This document shows, piece by piece, positions 1 to 13,486 of a DNA stretch of 64,000 nt (position 1 is the stretch's first letter; every line of letters starts with the position of its first letter). This DNA comes from an uncultured bacterium (GTDB lineage Bacteria; Acidobacteriota; Thermoanaerobaculia; Multivoradales; JAHZIX01), in NCBI GenBank assembly GCA_965368975.1, contig CBDUPA010000003.1, positions 192,001 to 256,000 of the forward strand. The letters are read 5' to 3'. The position numbers were made by a program, and so were the translations under genes. Under the pieces are notes generated by a model. The model saw only the letters and a list, made by a program, of their open reading frames with translations, was not told the origin of the DNA and made no database searches.

Positions 1-3000
1 GTTGCTGTGGTCGCTCGGACTGAAGAGGGTGTTCTCGAGTTGGGTTGCGAGGACGTAGTCGCCGTCGAACAGACCCTCGAAGACGTAGCGCCCGGCGCGG
101 TTGCTCACGACCTGGTAGGTGACGGTGCCACGCTCGCGAACCATCTGTAGCGGGACAAAGGGCAGAGGCTCGCCGCTCACCGCGTCGGTAACGAAGCCGG
201 TGACCACGCCGGCCGGGCGCAGGAAGAAGTCGACGCCGCTGGTGGTCTGGTTCGGGCGCACTCGCGCCGGGCGGCCGTTGGTGAGGGTGCAGCTGAACGG
301 CCGCGAGGGCACGTCGGCGTCGCGCGGGCAGGGGATGCGGCTGTAGTTCTGGGCTTCGAAGTTGCCACCATAGGCGGTGAGGAAGTAAGAACCGGGGGGC
401 AGAATCGGGGTGCTGAATGTGCCGTCGCTGGCGGTCTCGAGGAAGCCGTAGACGGAGAGATCGGCGTTCTCGAAGCGCACGGTGATCCCGGCGAGTGGGT
501 ATTCGCTGGCGGTTGACGCAGCGTCGCTGAGTACGCGGCCGGTGAGGATGCCGCCGGGGCGTAGTCGGAAGTCGATGCCGTCGATCTGCGCTCCTTCGGA
601 CACCGGCACCGGGGTACCGCCATGCCTCGTGTAGTCGAAGTCGTAACCCTGGTTGCACAGCCAAGCGCAGTCGGCGCCGTCGAAGACCTGGCGTACGAAC
701 AGAGTCTCGCCCGTCAACGAACGCGCTTCGAACAGGTAAATGCCGCTGTTGACGGCGGTGAAGTGATAGCTGCCGTCGGTTTCGGTGAGAGTGCTGGTCA
801 CTTCGTGACCGGAGAAGCCACGCTGGACTACCTGGATGCCTTTCAGGGGTTGGCCCGTGATGTCGGTCACGGTGCCGCTGATGGTTGCGGTGGCTTTGCT
901 GCTCGTTGGGTTGCTCGGTTCTTGGTGCGTCGGCAGCGGTAGCGCAGAGGGCAAAGCTGTGCCATCGTTGTGCGAGCCGCGGCCACGGGCGAGCGTGAGA
1001 GTGATCGATGGGAACCGGGCGCTGCCGACCTGCACCGGTGTGCCGAGCGCCGGATCACACCCTTCTTGCCGGGCCGAGCCAGCTGGGCAGCCCACGTTGT
1101 CGAACACCTCGTCGATCAAGCCCAGTTCGTTGTGCGTCGAGACGAAGTAGCCACCTGGTGGCAGCTCGAAGGAGAAGCGCGCCGAGGCGTCGGTCTCGCC
1201 CTGGGCGGTCAGGACGCCGGTGCGGGCGTCCCAGACGTCGATGCCGATAGTTCCCGGTAGTGGCCCGCCAGCGGTCTGGAACACGCGGCCGTTCAGGCCG
1301 GTGGTGCGCGGGCTGAGAGTGAAGTCGATCCCGGCGGTGGTGGTGGAGTCGCTTACCGTGACTGCGGCTGCTTGGGGTGGGATGCCGGCGCAGGTACCGC
1401 CTTCGAGGCCGTCAGGGCAGGCGACGCCGGGATGGAACTGCGGTATTTCCCCGGTCTCGCTCGCGGATGTTTGCCCGGCGCCGACGAAGTATTCGCCGTC
1501 CGGGAGTGGGTCAGTGGTGTAGGTGCCGTCCGCGGGCGAGGTCGATGTCCGCTCAACAACTCTTCCGTCAGGGCTGTACACCCTGACCGACACGCTGACC
1601 GGCTGGCCGGTGAGCGCCTCGGTCACCCGGCCGGCGATGGCGCCGTAGGGGGCGAGGTGGAAGTCGAGGCCGTCGATCTCCTGCTCCAGCGTCACCTCGA
1701 GTTGGGTACCGGCCGGCGTTTCGTCGCTGCAGGCCTCGACGCAGTCAGCGCCGCCGTAGAACTGGCCGTGATACCCGGTGTCGCTGGCCGAAAGGTAGTA
1801 GGTGCCAGGCGGCAGACCTTCGACTTCGAAGTTGCCTTGGAAGTCCGAGCTAATAGTGAGTTGGCTGACGCGCAGGCCGCTGTCGGCGTCCCAGACCTGG
1901 AGGTCCGGCTGGCTCACCGTCCTGCCCGATACCGCGTCCCATACGCGGCCTCTCAGCTTGCCGAGTGCTTCCAGTTCGATGTCGATGCCGGTCAGCGGGG
2001 TGACGCTGCCGTCCAGAACCAGGCTGGTTCCTTGCTGCCAGTCCGGACAGTCGGGCTGGCACAGCAGGCCGTCGTAGAGTTCGTCGCGCCGGGTCGAGAA
2101 GCGGGTGGCCAGCTTGTACTCGCCCGCCAGCAGGTGCGAGAAGTGGAAGGCGCCATCGTCTTGCGGAGACACGATCCGTTCGACCTCGCCCTCACGGACC
2201 GACCACAACACGACACTGTCGAGAAGGTCCGGCCCGTGGCCCTGGGTGTCGGTCACCCGGCCGCTGATGCTGCCCAACGCCCGGGCTCGCAGGTCGACGG
2301 TGAGATCCGCCGTGGTCACAGTGAAGACGGTGGCACCGTCGGTAGGGCAGAAGGAGCCAGGGTTGCACTCCGCGGCACCCGGAATGTGCGGGTGGATGCC
2401 GTTGCTGAAGCTGAGATAGTGATCGCCGGGCGGCACGGGCAGCGTGTAGGTGCCGTCAGTGGCGGTGGAAGTCACATTGGTCGCGGGGTAGAAGGCATCG
2501 AAAAGAGGTACTCGGGTCGCCGCGACGGAAACGTCCATCAGCGGAGTGCCAGCGACGTCGGTGACCGTGCCACGGATCATCGGGTGGGGGACGAGTTGGA
2601 AGTCGATGCCGGTCAGCGGTGCCGCCGGTGCCACCAGCGGGACCGCGTGCAGCGGATCGCAGCGGTCGTCGTCGATGAATTCGGCGTACCCGGGGCAGGG
2701 TTGTCCCCCGTACACCTGGTCTTCGTGACTGCGGCCGCTGTTGGTGTAGAGGTAGTAGGTGCGTCCGGCCTCGGTGGGTAGGCGATACGAGCCGTCCGTA
2801 CCGGTGGTGGAGGTCAAGGTACGGTCGGCTTCGGGCTCATACGCCTTGATCTGGCGGTCGGCTAGCGGGTTGCCGCCGCTTTCGGTCAAGCGGCCTTGGA
2901 GGCTCGAGGGATTGACGGGGCGGGGTAGCAGTTCGAAGTCGATCAGCGCGCTCGGATAGTGGCGTCCGGTGGGTTGCAGGTCGACCACCGCGGCGTCGAT

Positions 3001-4662
3001 CAGCTCACACTCGCTACCCGGTAGGCAGTTGTGGCTGTCGTAGTACTGGAAGAAGTGACTCTGTGCCGTGGCGTAGAGGAAGAAACCGTAGGCCGGCAGG
3101 TTGCGCAGCAAGTACTCGCCGTTGGCGTCGGTCTCGGTGCGCCGATCCATGAACGGCTGCTGCCGGAGGTCGGCTTGCCGGGCACCGACGGAGGCGCCGG
3201 TGAGCGGCTGGCCATCGGCGTCGGTGACGCGGCCACGGATCTCGACCCAGCTCTCAAGCACGATGTCTACGCCGCTGGTCTCGTGCCCCTGCTCGACGCG
3301 TACCGGCTGACCGGTCAGCGGGTCGCAGGGCCGGGGACAAGCGATGTCGCCATAGAGGAAATCCTTGCCGTCGGCCGGCAGCAAGCGCACGAAGTACTCA
3401 CCCGCAGGAAGGCCATCGAGCTGGTAGTCGCCTTCGAGGCGACTCTTGAGGCGGCCGAACTCGCGGCCGTCTTCGAAGTAGATGCGGATGTCGATTCCAC
3501 CGGCAGGCCGGCCGTCGGCGTAGTGGATCTGGCCGCTCAGGCTACCGCCGCGCGCCAGCGACAGGTCGAGGCCAGAGAGCACTTCGCCGGCCTGCAAGGG
3601 CAGCAGCGCACCGAGCTGCTCGCGGCCGCACGAGGCTTGCAGCCCGGAGGGGCGGGGGAGGTCGTCGTACAGCTCGTCGACATGGCCGGCGGTCTGCCAA
3701 GTGTGCAGATAGGCGGGGCCGGAATCGAGCTGCCTGCCGGGCAGCGCACCGACCCGGTACATGCCGGTGGCATCGCTACCGCCGCTGGCGAGATTGAAGC
3801 CGGTGTCGCGGCTGCACAGCTGAACCCTTGTTTGCAGCGGTGCGCCGTCGCTGTCGCGACTCACCCTGCCCTCGACCAGGGCGCGCTCACCGACGCGCAA
3901 CTGGTAGTTGCCGGTGCTCGTCGGGTCGAAGCCGGCCAGGCGAATGAAGACTTCTTGACCGGCGTCGAGGATGTAGTACGCGGCCGCTTGCAGGCCGTAG
4001 TCGTCGTCGCTGCAGGCGAGCTCGTTGGTAGTGAGACCGGGACAGCCGGAGTGGAGGGAGACCACGGTGTCGAAGCTCGATCCGGAGCTGTCGAAGCCGA
4101 GCGTGCCGCGGGTGTCCGCTCGGTAGCGAAACCAGACGTCGCGCGCGCCGGGTTGACCGCATGTGCCGTCGCCGTCCAAGCCACTCTCGTCCAAACTACC
4201 CGTCACAACCTGCCCGAGCACCAGCGGCTGAGCGGCGAGACAGGTGTCGTTGGCGGGCGCGGCTTTGGATGTCGCCCAGGACGCGATCGGCGCCTGGGCG
4301 CGCAGCTCGGCCAGGCTCGCGGTCTCGCCGCGCTCGTGCATCTCGAGGGCCAGCCGCAGGTTGTGCTGTAGAGCACGCAAGGCATCCAGCTTGCGCGCCG
4401 TGATCGGATCGTCCGTGCGAGTCACGCGCGTTTCTAGCGCTTCGAGTTGCCGCGTTAGCGCCTGGTGCCGGCTCTGCCAAGTACTGCGCAGTGACTTGTC
4501 CGGCGCAGCAGTGTCACGAACCTCGACCAGGAACTGGTGTAACTGCTGATCGAGCTGCTGCAGATCCTGGTGGGGCGTGGCTTGGGCCGCTACGAGCAGA
4601 GGCGCGAGCCCGACGAGCAGGCTACAGAGCAGACGGGCTGGATGGCGAACGGATGAAATCAC
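1..4662 (-). CDS. Large secreted repeat protein with carboxypeptidase-regulatory-like/prealbumin-like beta-sandwich repeats; 3' end lies outside the window; paralogue of 4726-9819
   Basis: Absent from the ORF track because its stop lies beyond position 1. By hand: GGAGG then GTG at 4662 gives (M)ISSVRHPARLLCSLLVGLAPLLVAAQA (signal peptide). The same frame at 1-60 reads DYVLATQLENTLFSPSDHSN. In-register antisense ORFs (622, 1372, 3031) are consistent with one continuous frame. It shares PANDTC...FDSSGSSFDT...SNELACSDDDYGLQ and repeated Y-x-x-x-x-C..C..GTPV..G(I/L/V)DF units with the next gene. Confidence 0.85.
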   Translation of the reverse strand, partial: MISSVRHPARLLCSLLVGLAPLLVAAQATPHQDLQQLDQQLHQFLVEVRDTAAPDKSLRSTWQSRHQALTRQLEALETRVTRTDDPITARKLDALRALQHNLRLALEMHERGETASLAELRAQAPIASWATSKAAPANDTCLAAQPLVLGQVVTGSLDESGLDGDGTCGQPGARDVWFRYRADTRGTLGFDSSGSSFDTVVSLHSGCPGLTTNELACSDDDYGLQAAAYYILDAGQEVFIRLAGFDPTSTGNYQLRVGERALVEGRVSRDSDGAPLQTRVQLCSRDTGFNLASGGSDATGMYRVGALPGRQLDSGPAYLHTWQTAGHVDELYDDLPRPSGLQASCGREQLGALLPLQAGEVLSGLDLSLARGGSLSGQIHYADGRPAGGIDIRIYFEDGREFGRLKSRLEGDYQLDGLPAGEYFVRLLPADGKDFLYGDIACPRPCDPLTGQPVRVEQGHETSGVDIVLESWVEIRGRVTDADGQPLTGASVGARQADLRQQPFMDRRTETDANGEYLLRNLPAYGFFLYATAQSHFFQYYDSHNCLPGSECELIDAAVVDLQPTGRHYPSALIDFELLPRPVNPSSLQGRLTESGGNPLADRQIKAYEPEADRTLTSTTGTDGSYRLPTEAGRTYYLYTNSGRSHEDQVYGGQPCPGYAEFIDDDRCDPLHAVPLVAPAAPLTGIDFQLVPHPMIRGTVTDVAGTPLMDVSVAATRVPLFDAFYPATNVTSTATDGTYTLPVPPGDHYLSFSNGIHPHIPGAAECNPGSFCPTDGATVFTVTTADLTVDLRARALGSISGRVTDTQGHGPDLLDSVVLWSVREGEVERIVSPQDDGAFHFSHLLAGEYKLATRFSTRRDELYDGLLCQPDCPDWQQGTSLVLDGSVTPLTGIDIELEALGKLRGRVWDAVSGRTVSQPDLQVWDADSGLRVSQLTISSDFQGNFEVEGLPPGTYYLSASDTGYHGQFYGGADCVEACSDETPAGTQLEVTLEQEIDGLDFHLAPYGAIAGRVTEALTGQPVSVSVRVYSPDGRVVERTSTSPADGTYTTDPLPDGEYFVGAGQTSASETGEIPQFHPGVACPDGLEGGTCAGIPPQAAAVTVSDSTTTAGIDFTLSPRTTGLNGRVFQTAGGPLPGTIGIDVWDARTGVLTAQGETDASARFSFELPPGGYFVSTHNELGLIDEVFDNVGCPAGSARQEGCDPALGTPVQVGSARFPSITLTLARGRGSHNDGTALPSALPLPTHQEPSNPTSSKATATISGTVTDITGQPLKGIQVVQRGFSGHEVTSTLTETDGSYHFTAVNSGIYLFEARSLTGETLFVRQVFDGADCAWLCNQGYDFDYTRHGGTPVPVSEGAQIDGIDFRLRPGGILTGRVLSDAASTASEYPLAGITVRFENADLSVYGFLETASDGTFSTPILPPGSYFLTAYGGNFEAQNYSRIPCPRDADVPSRPFSCTLTNGRPARVRPNQTTSGVDFFLRPAGVVTGFVTDAVSGEPLPFVPLQMVRERGTVTYQVVSNRAGRYVFEGLFDGDYVLATQLENTLFSPSDHSN

Positions 4663-4725
4663 GCAGACCTCCGCAAGGACATGGTGGACGTGTCGAGGTT
4701 GTTTCTCGCAGCAAGGGCTACGAGT

Positions 4726-7700
4726 CTACGGTTCAAGGACGCTGCGCAGTTCGAAGTCGGCGCGCTGGCCTGTCTCGAAGTCGAGAGTCAGCGGCGTGCC
4801 CGCCGTCGGTTCACAGCTGCCGGCACATTCCTGCCCCGGATACGCCTGGTCGAGGAAACCGAGGATGTTACGCGTCGAAACGCGGTACTGGCCAGGTGGC
4901 ACGTCGAGCCGGTAGCTGCCGTCCGGCAGCGTGGTGGTCGTGCCGGCGAACGCACCTGCGATGTCATGAACGTTGACTTCGATACCGGCCAGCGGAGCGC
5001 CGCTGGCGGCGTTGCGCACCGAGCCGAAGAGGCGCAGCGGCAGGTGAGGTAGGTGCAGGTCGATGCGGACGTCGCTCTGAACTTCGATCGGAATGGGACT
5101 GCCTTTGTCGAACTTGCAGAGCTCACGGCAGACGAGTCCGGCATGCAGGACGTTGGCATAGTCGCTCGCCAGCAGGTTGCGGTCGACGTCACTGCCCAGG
5201 TAGTAGGTACCGTTGGTCAGCCCGCTGAAGGAGAAGTGTCCTCCGCGACCACTGCGCACATGAATCGGGGCGTCGCCCGGTCGTTCCAGGCGCAGGAACT
5301 GCCAGGGCAGAGGTTGCCCCGTTTCGAGGTCGAAAATCTGCCCGTGGATACGTCCATTGGGACGGAGAGGGAAATCGACGGACCGCGTTGTCATCCCAGG
5401 GCGAACCCGCACCTGGGTGCCCGTGAAGACATTGCAGCTCAGACGGTTGGGGACGTCGGGGTCCACCGGACAGGGCTGGTTGTCGAAGAGCTGTGTTTCG
5501 TGGCCCTTGTTGTAGGTGGTCAGCTTGTACAAGCCTGGTGGAAGTGCCGGTGTCTCGTAGTGGCCCTGTGCATCGACGGCAAGTGCGCGCGACCAGGACC
5601 CATCGGCGGAATACAGGGTGACACTGGCGCTGCCGATGGAGTTGCCGGTGACAGCGTCGAAGACGCGGCCTGCGATGCGTCCACCCAGGAGGAGGCGGAA
5701 GTCGATGCCACCTATGCTGGCATCCGCGGTCACCGGCACCTGAGTGCCCCGGCGCTGATCAAAGCCGATGGAGCCGGTGCACCAGGGTTCGCAGTCGACA
5801 CCGTCGAAGCTCTGTTCGACATAAGGCGTACTGCCGGCAGGGGAGCGGGCGTCGAAGACGTAGATGCCGGCGTCGAGGCCCGAGAAGCGATATCGCCCGT
5901 CGGCGTCTGTGACGGTAGTGTCGATGAGGGAGCCCCTCTCATCGCCGCGCTCGACTTCGATGCCGGCCAGCGGTTGTCCCGTGCGGCTGCGCACCGTGCC
6001 TTCGACGCTGGCGCCCTGCTGCCTCGGTGAGCCGGGCCGGGCGCCGTCAGCGGTTGGAGTTCGAGAGGTTCGAGGTTGACCGAGAATGAAGTTCACGGAC
6101 GTGAAGTCGCGGCCCAGGGCTGCAACCGGTGTGCCCAGACGGGGTGCGCAGCGACCCTGCAAGGCCGAGCCATCCGGACACGCGACCCCCCGGTGCACCT
6201 CGTCGACGAGACCGAGCTGGTTGTGGGTCGTGACGAAGTAGCTGCTCGGCGGCAGGCTCAGGCTGAAGGAGCCGCCGGGCTGGGTGAAAGCGTGCCCGGC
6301 GTATGCTCCCGTATAAGCGTCCCACGCGTCGATGCGAACACCGACCAAAGACTGGCCTCCCGCAGCCTCGACGGAGCCCCAGATGCCGCTGGCGCGCGGA
6401 GGCAGCACGAAGTCGATGCCGGTCGTGGTCTCCCGAGCCTGGACGGTCACGGGAGTCGCTACGGAGGCAGGGTTCTCGCAGGGAGGTTGCCCGATGCCAT
6501 TGGGACAGCCGACGCCGTCATAGAACGTGGGCTCGTAGGCGCTGCTCGTGCTACCGGCGCTCACGAAGTAGGTGCCGGTCGGCAGCGCTCGCGAACGATA
6601 CTCGCCGTTGCTGAAGGCCGATGCGTTCACCGTATCCACTATCTGCCCGCTGGCGGCAAAGATACGGATCGTCGTCGAGATCCCTCGATCGGTCAGGGCT
6701 TCGCTCACCCGGCCGGTAATGGAACTGTTCGGGGTCAAGTCGAGATCCAGGCCTGTCAGGGTATCCCCGGTCGCGATTGCGAGCCGGTCGCCGCGCAGGA
6801 TCGCGGGTACGGAGCAGGAGTCGACTCCCTCGCAGCGATCGCCCCCATGAACTTGCCCGAAGAAGCCGTTGGCGGTGGCGGTCAAGAAGTAGGTTCCCGG
6901 CTCGACTCCCTCCAGCAGGAAGCGACCATCGTTGCCAGTGAACGCCGAGAAGTTGGTGAGGCTGGCCGTGGAATCCCAGAGGTTGACGGCGGCGCGGTCG
7001 ACCGGCTCACCGGACGCTGCGTCGAGGACCCGGCCGCTGAGGGCCGGCTGTTGCTGCAGGACGAACTCGACCCCGTCTTGCACGACGGCTTCGCCGCTGA
7101 AGGAGAAGATCGTCCCCCCGGTACCGGGACAGTTCCCCTCGCAGGCGATGCCATCGTAGACCTGGTCTTGCCAGTTGGGAGTCTCCGTGAAGACCTGGTA
7201 CTCATGATCGCCTGCCAGCAGGTGGCTGAAGCTGAAGGCGCCGGAGCCGTTGAGGAGAGCCCGCGCGAGCCGGCGCTGCTCGGACACGGACCACAGCCAG
7301 ACCTCACCTTGCGTGACGAGCCGCCCGGCCGCGTCCAGCACGCGTCCGCGCACCGCCCCGCGTGCCAGCGCCCGGATGTCGATGTTGTCGATGTCCGACG
7401 TCTCGACGTGCAACTGTTGGGCCCCGGCGGTCGAACAGGGCTCGCCGTCCTCGTCTGGGCACGGGGCGGCGCCATAGACGTGCAGATGAATCGGGCCGAA
7501 GAAGAGCACGAAGTGATCGCCGGGCGGCACGGGCAGCACATAGGCACCCAGCTCGTCGGTGGCGGCGCTGCCATTCGGGAAGGTGAGGCAGAAGTCGAGA
7601 TCCGTCTCATTGCATGCCACGACACTGACGTTCTCCATCGGCCGACCTGCGATATCGGTGACCCTGCCCTGGATTCGCGGCAACGACCGGAGCTGGAAGT

Positions 7701-9819
7701 CGAGGCTGGCGACCGATCCGGTTCCTGGAGAGACGGGAACGGCGCGCAAGGGATCACATCCATCGCGAGTGGGCCGCCCAGCGTTGTCATAGTGCGGGCA
7801 CACCTCGCCCCCGAGGACCTGGTTCTCATGTGTCGCCGGCGCCTTGGTGTACAGGTGGTACGTCCGGTTCGGTGCGACTGTCATCCGGAACGAACCATCG
7901 AGGCCGGTGAAGCTCGTGTATCCCTGGTCGTTCACCGGGTCGTAAGCGCGCACTTCGACACTATGGATCGGGGCGCCGGAGTTACGGTCAGAGATGGTGC
8001 CAGTCAGGGTCGGCTGGCTACCGGCAGCCAGGCCCAACTCGAAGTCGATCACCACGTCGTCGGCCTGGTGCAGGTCGACGACCCGGGCCTGCGTGAAGTC
8101 GCAGTTCGAGCCGCAAGCGAGGTCCTCGTAGATCTCCGTGACGTAGCGGGTCGCGCTCGCTTCGACGAAGTAGGCCACGGGGTCGAGGTCATGGAAGGCG
8201 TAGCTGCCGTCCTCGGCGGAACGGACCGCCCTGGGCGAGAGCAGGAGATCGCCGCGGTAAGCGCGCACGATTGCATCCTCGAGCGGGGTTCCGTCCTCGC
8301 GGGTCACGGTGCCGCGCAGGGTCGGGCCGCCGGGTGCCTGGAAATCGATGCCGGAGGTGGTCTGTCCCAGAGAGACCGCTACCGGGGTACCGTCCGTGGG
8401 CGAGCAGGAGAGGCCGCAGGGGATGGCATCGTAGATCACGCTGTCGATGGGATTGCGCGGGAAGGCCTGGAAGAAGAGGTCGCCGGCGGGAAGCCCGCCG
8501 AGGGTGTAGTAGCCGTGAACGTTGGAGACGGTCCAGCCTAGAGGCCGCCCGCTTGCATCGTAGGCGTGGATCCGGGCCGTTACGCCCCGGCCATCGACTT
8601 GGTGCACCCTGCCGGAGACGCTGCCGCCCCTAGAAAGCGCCATCTCGATGCCCTCGACGTGGTCTCCGCCACGTAATTCGATCTTGGTGCCTTCCGGCTC
8701 GTTGCACGCGATGTACGCGTCGTCGGGGCGTACGATGTCGTCGTAGACCTCGCCGACATAGCCGAGCCTCCGGCTATCGTAGGTGTGGACGTAGTAGCTG
8801 GCGGGGCCGATCAGATCTCTGAAAGGCCTGCCGAACCGGAACGTGCCGTCGTCGGCGGTCGTGGCCGTCTGCACGAGGAAACCACCCTCGCTCGAGCACA
8901 GCAAGGTCCCTACCCGTAGTGGCTGGCCACCGGGATCGCTGACGACGCGGCCGCTGATCGTCGGTGGGGCGCTGACGTGCAGCCGGTAGACGCCGTCGCC
9001 GACGTCGGGAGTGAAGCCCGAGAGCCGGACCCAGACCTCCTGACCGGGCCTCAGCCTGGTCATGGCAGCCCCCTGCAGGCCGTAGCTGTCGTCACTGCAC
9101 ACCAGTTCGTTGCTGGCCAGACCCGGGCAGCTGGTGTGTATCGAGACCGTCGTGTCGAAGCTGGATCCGCTGCTGTCGAAGACGACGTAGTCATCTTCGA
9201 GGGCGGTGTAGCGGAACCAGGCGTCCGGGCTTTCGGGGGACCCCGTGCACGAACTCTGACCGTCGGCGCTGGCCTCGGCGAGTGTGCCCTGCACCACGGT
9301 GCCGAGGGACAGCAGTAGAGCGTCTTTGCAGGTGTCATTGGCCGGGGCCTGGGCCTTGTCGGGCTGAGCCGAAAGGCTCGTGGGGAGTGCTACGTCCGCC
9401 TGGGCGGTCGAACGCAGGAAGCGCAGGGACTCGACATCACCGGCGGTGCTCAGGCGGACGGCACGTTGGAGGTTCTCCCGCAGCAGGCGGACGCTATCCA
9501 GCTTGCGCTGCCAGGTGCGGTCGGTGCCCCGTCGTTGCAGGCCGGCGGTCGCTAGTGCCTCGAGGCGTGCGTCGAAGTCCCGCAAAGCAGCCTGCCACGC
9601 CTCGAGGCGCTGCTCCGTCGCCGTACCGTCTGTAGTCGCGTTGTTTCGAACCTCGGTCAGCTGCTGTTGGATCTCCGCGTCGAAGCGTTGCAACTGCTCG
9701 TAGAGATTCGACTCGTCCTGCTGAGGTTCGGCCGCGCTCAGTGTCGGCGAAATCAGTGTTGGCGAAACGAGAGTGGCGGTGAGCAGCACGACAAGAAGCA
9801 GAAAGCGGCGGTAGGGCAT
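4726..9819 (-). CDS. Large secreted protein (~1700 aa): signal peptide, coiled-coil, PPC-like domain and about a dozen Cys-containing carboxypeptidase-regulatory-like repeats
   Basis: 1704-aa ORF; ATG at 9819 preceded by GGAG; hydrophobic N-terminus; repeats of the form I/LSGRV...G.Y...GL..G.Y.V...YD...C...C...GTPV.V...GIDF.L. Confidence 0.85.
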   Translation of the reverse strand: MPYRRFLLLVVLLTATLVSPTLISPTLSAAEPQQDESNLYEQLQRFDAEIQQQLTEVRNNATTDGTATEQRLEAWQAALRDFDARLEALATAGLQRRGTDRTWQRKLDSVRLLRENLQRAVRLSTAGDVESLRFLRSTAQADVALPTSLSAQPDKAQAPANDTCKDALLLSLGTVVQGTLAEASADGQSSCTGSPESPDAWFRYTALEDDYVVFDSSGSSFDTTVSIHTSCPGLASNELVCSDDSYGLQGAAMTRLRPGQEVWVRLSGFTPDVGDGVYRLHVSAPPTISGRVVSDPGGQPLRVGTLLCSSEGGFLVQTATTADDGTFRFGRPFRDLIGPASYYVHTYDSRRLGYVGEVYDDIVRPDDAYIACNEPEGTKIELRGGDHVEGIEMALSRGGSVSGRVHQVDGRGVTARIHAYDASGRPLGWTVSNVHGYYTLGGLPAGDLFFQAFPRNPIDSVIYDAIPCGLSCSPTDGTPVAVSLGQTTSGIDFQAPGGPTLRGTVTREDGTPLEDAIVRAYRGDLLLSPRAVRSAEDGSYAFHDLDPVAYFVEASATRYVTEIYEDLACGSNCDFTQARVVDLHQADDVVIDFELGLAAGSQPTLTGTISDRNSGAPIHSVEVRAYDPVNDQGYTSFTGLDGSFRMTVAPNRTYHLYTKAPATHENQVLGGEVCPHYDNAGRPTRDGCDPLRAVPVSPGTGSVASLDFQLRSLPRIQGRVTDIAGRPMENVSVVACNETDLDFCLTFPNGSAATDELGAYVLPVPPGDHFVLFFGPIHLHVYGAAPCPDEDGEPCSTAGAQQLHVETSDIDNIDIRALARGAVRGRVLDAAGRLVTQGEVWLWSVSEQRRLARALLNGSGAFSFSHLLAGDHEYQVFTETPNWQDQVYDGIACEGNCPGTGGTIFSFSGEAVVQDGVEFVLQQQPALSGRVLDAASGEPVDRAAVNLWDSTASLTNFSAFTGNDGRFLLEGVEPGTYFLTATANGFFGQVHGGDRCEGVDSCSVPAILRGDRLAIATGDTLTGLDLDLTPNSSITGRVSEALTDRGISTTIRIFAASGQIVDTVNASAFSNGEYRSRALPTGTYFVSAGSTSSAYEPTFYDGVGCPNGIGQPPCENPASVATPVTVQARETTTGIDFVLPPRASGIWGSVEAAGGQSLVGVRIDAWDAYTGAYAGHAFTQPGGSFSLSLPPSSYFVTTHNQLGLVDEVHRGVACPDGSALQGRCAPRLGTPVAALGRDFTSVNFILGQPRTSRTPTADGARPGSPRQQGASVEGTVRSRTGQPLAGIEVERGDERGSLIDTTVTDADGRYRFSGLDAGIYVFDARSPAGSTPYVEQSFDGVDCEPWCTGSIGFDQRRGTQVPVTADASIGGIDFRLLLGGRIAGRVFDAVTGNSIGSASVTLYSADGSWSRALAVDAQGHYETPALPPGLYKLTTYNKGHETQLFDNQPCPVDPDVPNRLSCNVFTGTQVRVRPGMTTRSVDFPLRPNGRIHGQIFDLETGQPLPWQFLRLERPGDAPIHVRSGRGGHFSFSGLTNGTYYLGSDVDRNLLASDYANVLHAGLVCRELCKFDKGSPIPIEVQSDVRIDLHLPHLPLRLFGSVRNAASGAPLAGIEVNVHDIAGAFAGTTTTLPDGSYRLDVPPGQYRVSTRNILGFLDQAYPGQECAGSCEPTAGTPLTLDFETGQRADFELRSVLEP

Positions 9820-10038
9820 GTGGCGCAACTCCGAGTGCAAGTATGAAGGGGCGTGGTTCCGTGGTTTCTTCTCGGCTCGAGATCTCGTTTATGGGACGGT
9901 CGTCCTCACGGAAATTCTCAATAAGAGGTTCGTAACGGCATGTTACAGTACGTGACAGTTCGCCTGGCCACCGCCGCGCGCCGCGATTCCTACCCCGGCT
10001 CCGCCACACCCCGACAACTCGCTGGAGACCTACTCGTT

Positions 10039-13413
<3,375 letters not shown>

Positions 13414-13486
13414 CGATCCCGGCCCCAGAGCAGAGCGTGCTCCGGTCCTTGCCGGGACTTCAATATGGGTGGTCTGAGACCGGCTC

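Noticed and set aside
1372-8541. Long plus-strand ORFs (1372-2781, 3031-4371, 5053-6030, 6076-8541) and similar ones elsewhere (10030-12531, 27224-28816, 46983-48335)
   Set aside because: They are in-register antisense shadows of real genes, common in high-GC DNA, and show no recognisable motifs.
13417-13457. Imperfect stem (TCCCGGC...GCCGGGA) between convergent genes
   Set aside because: Large irregular interior and no clear U-tract, so it is too weak to call a terminator.
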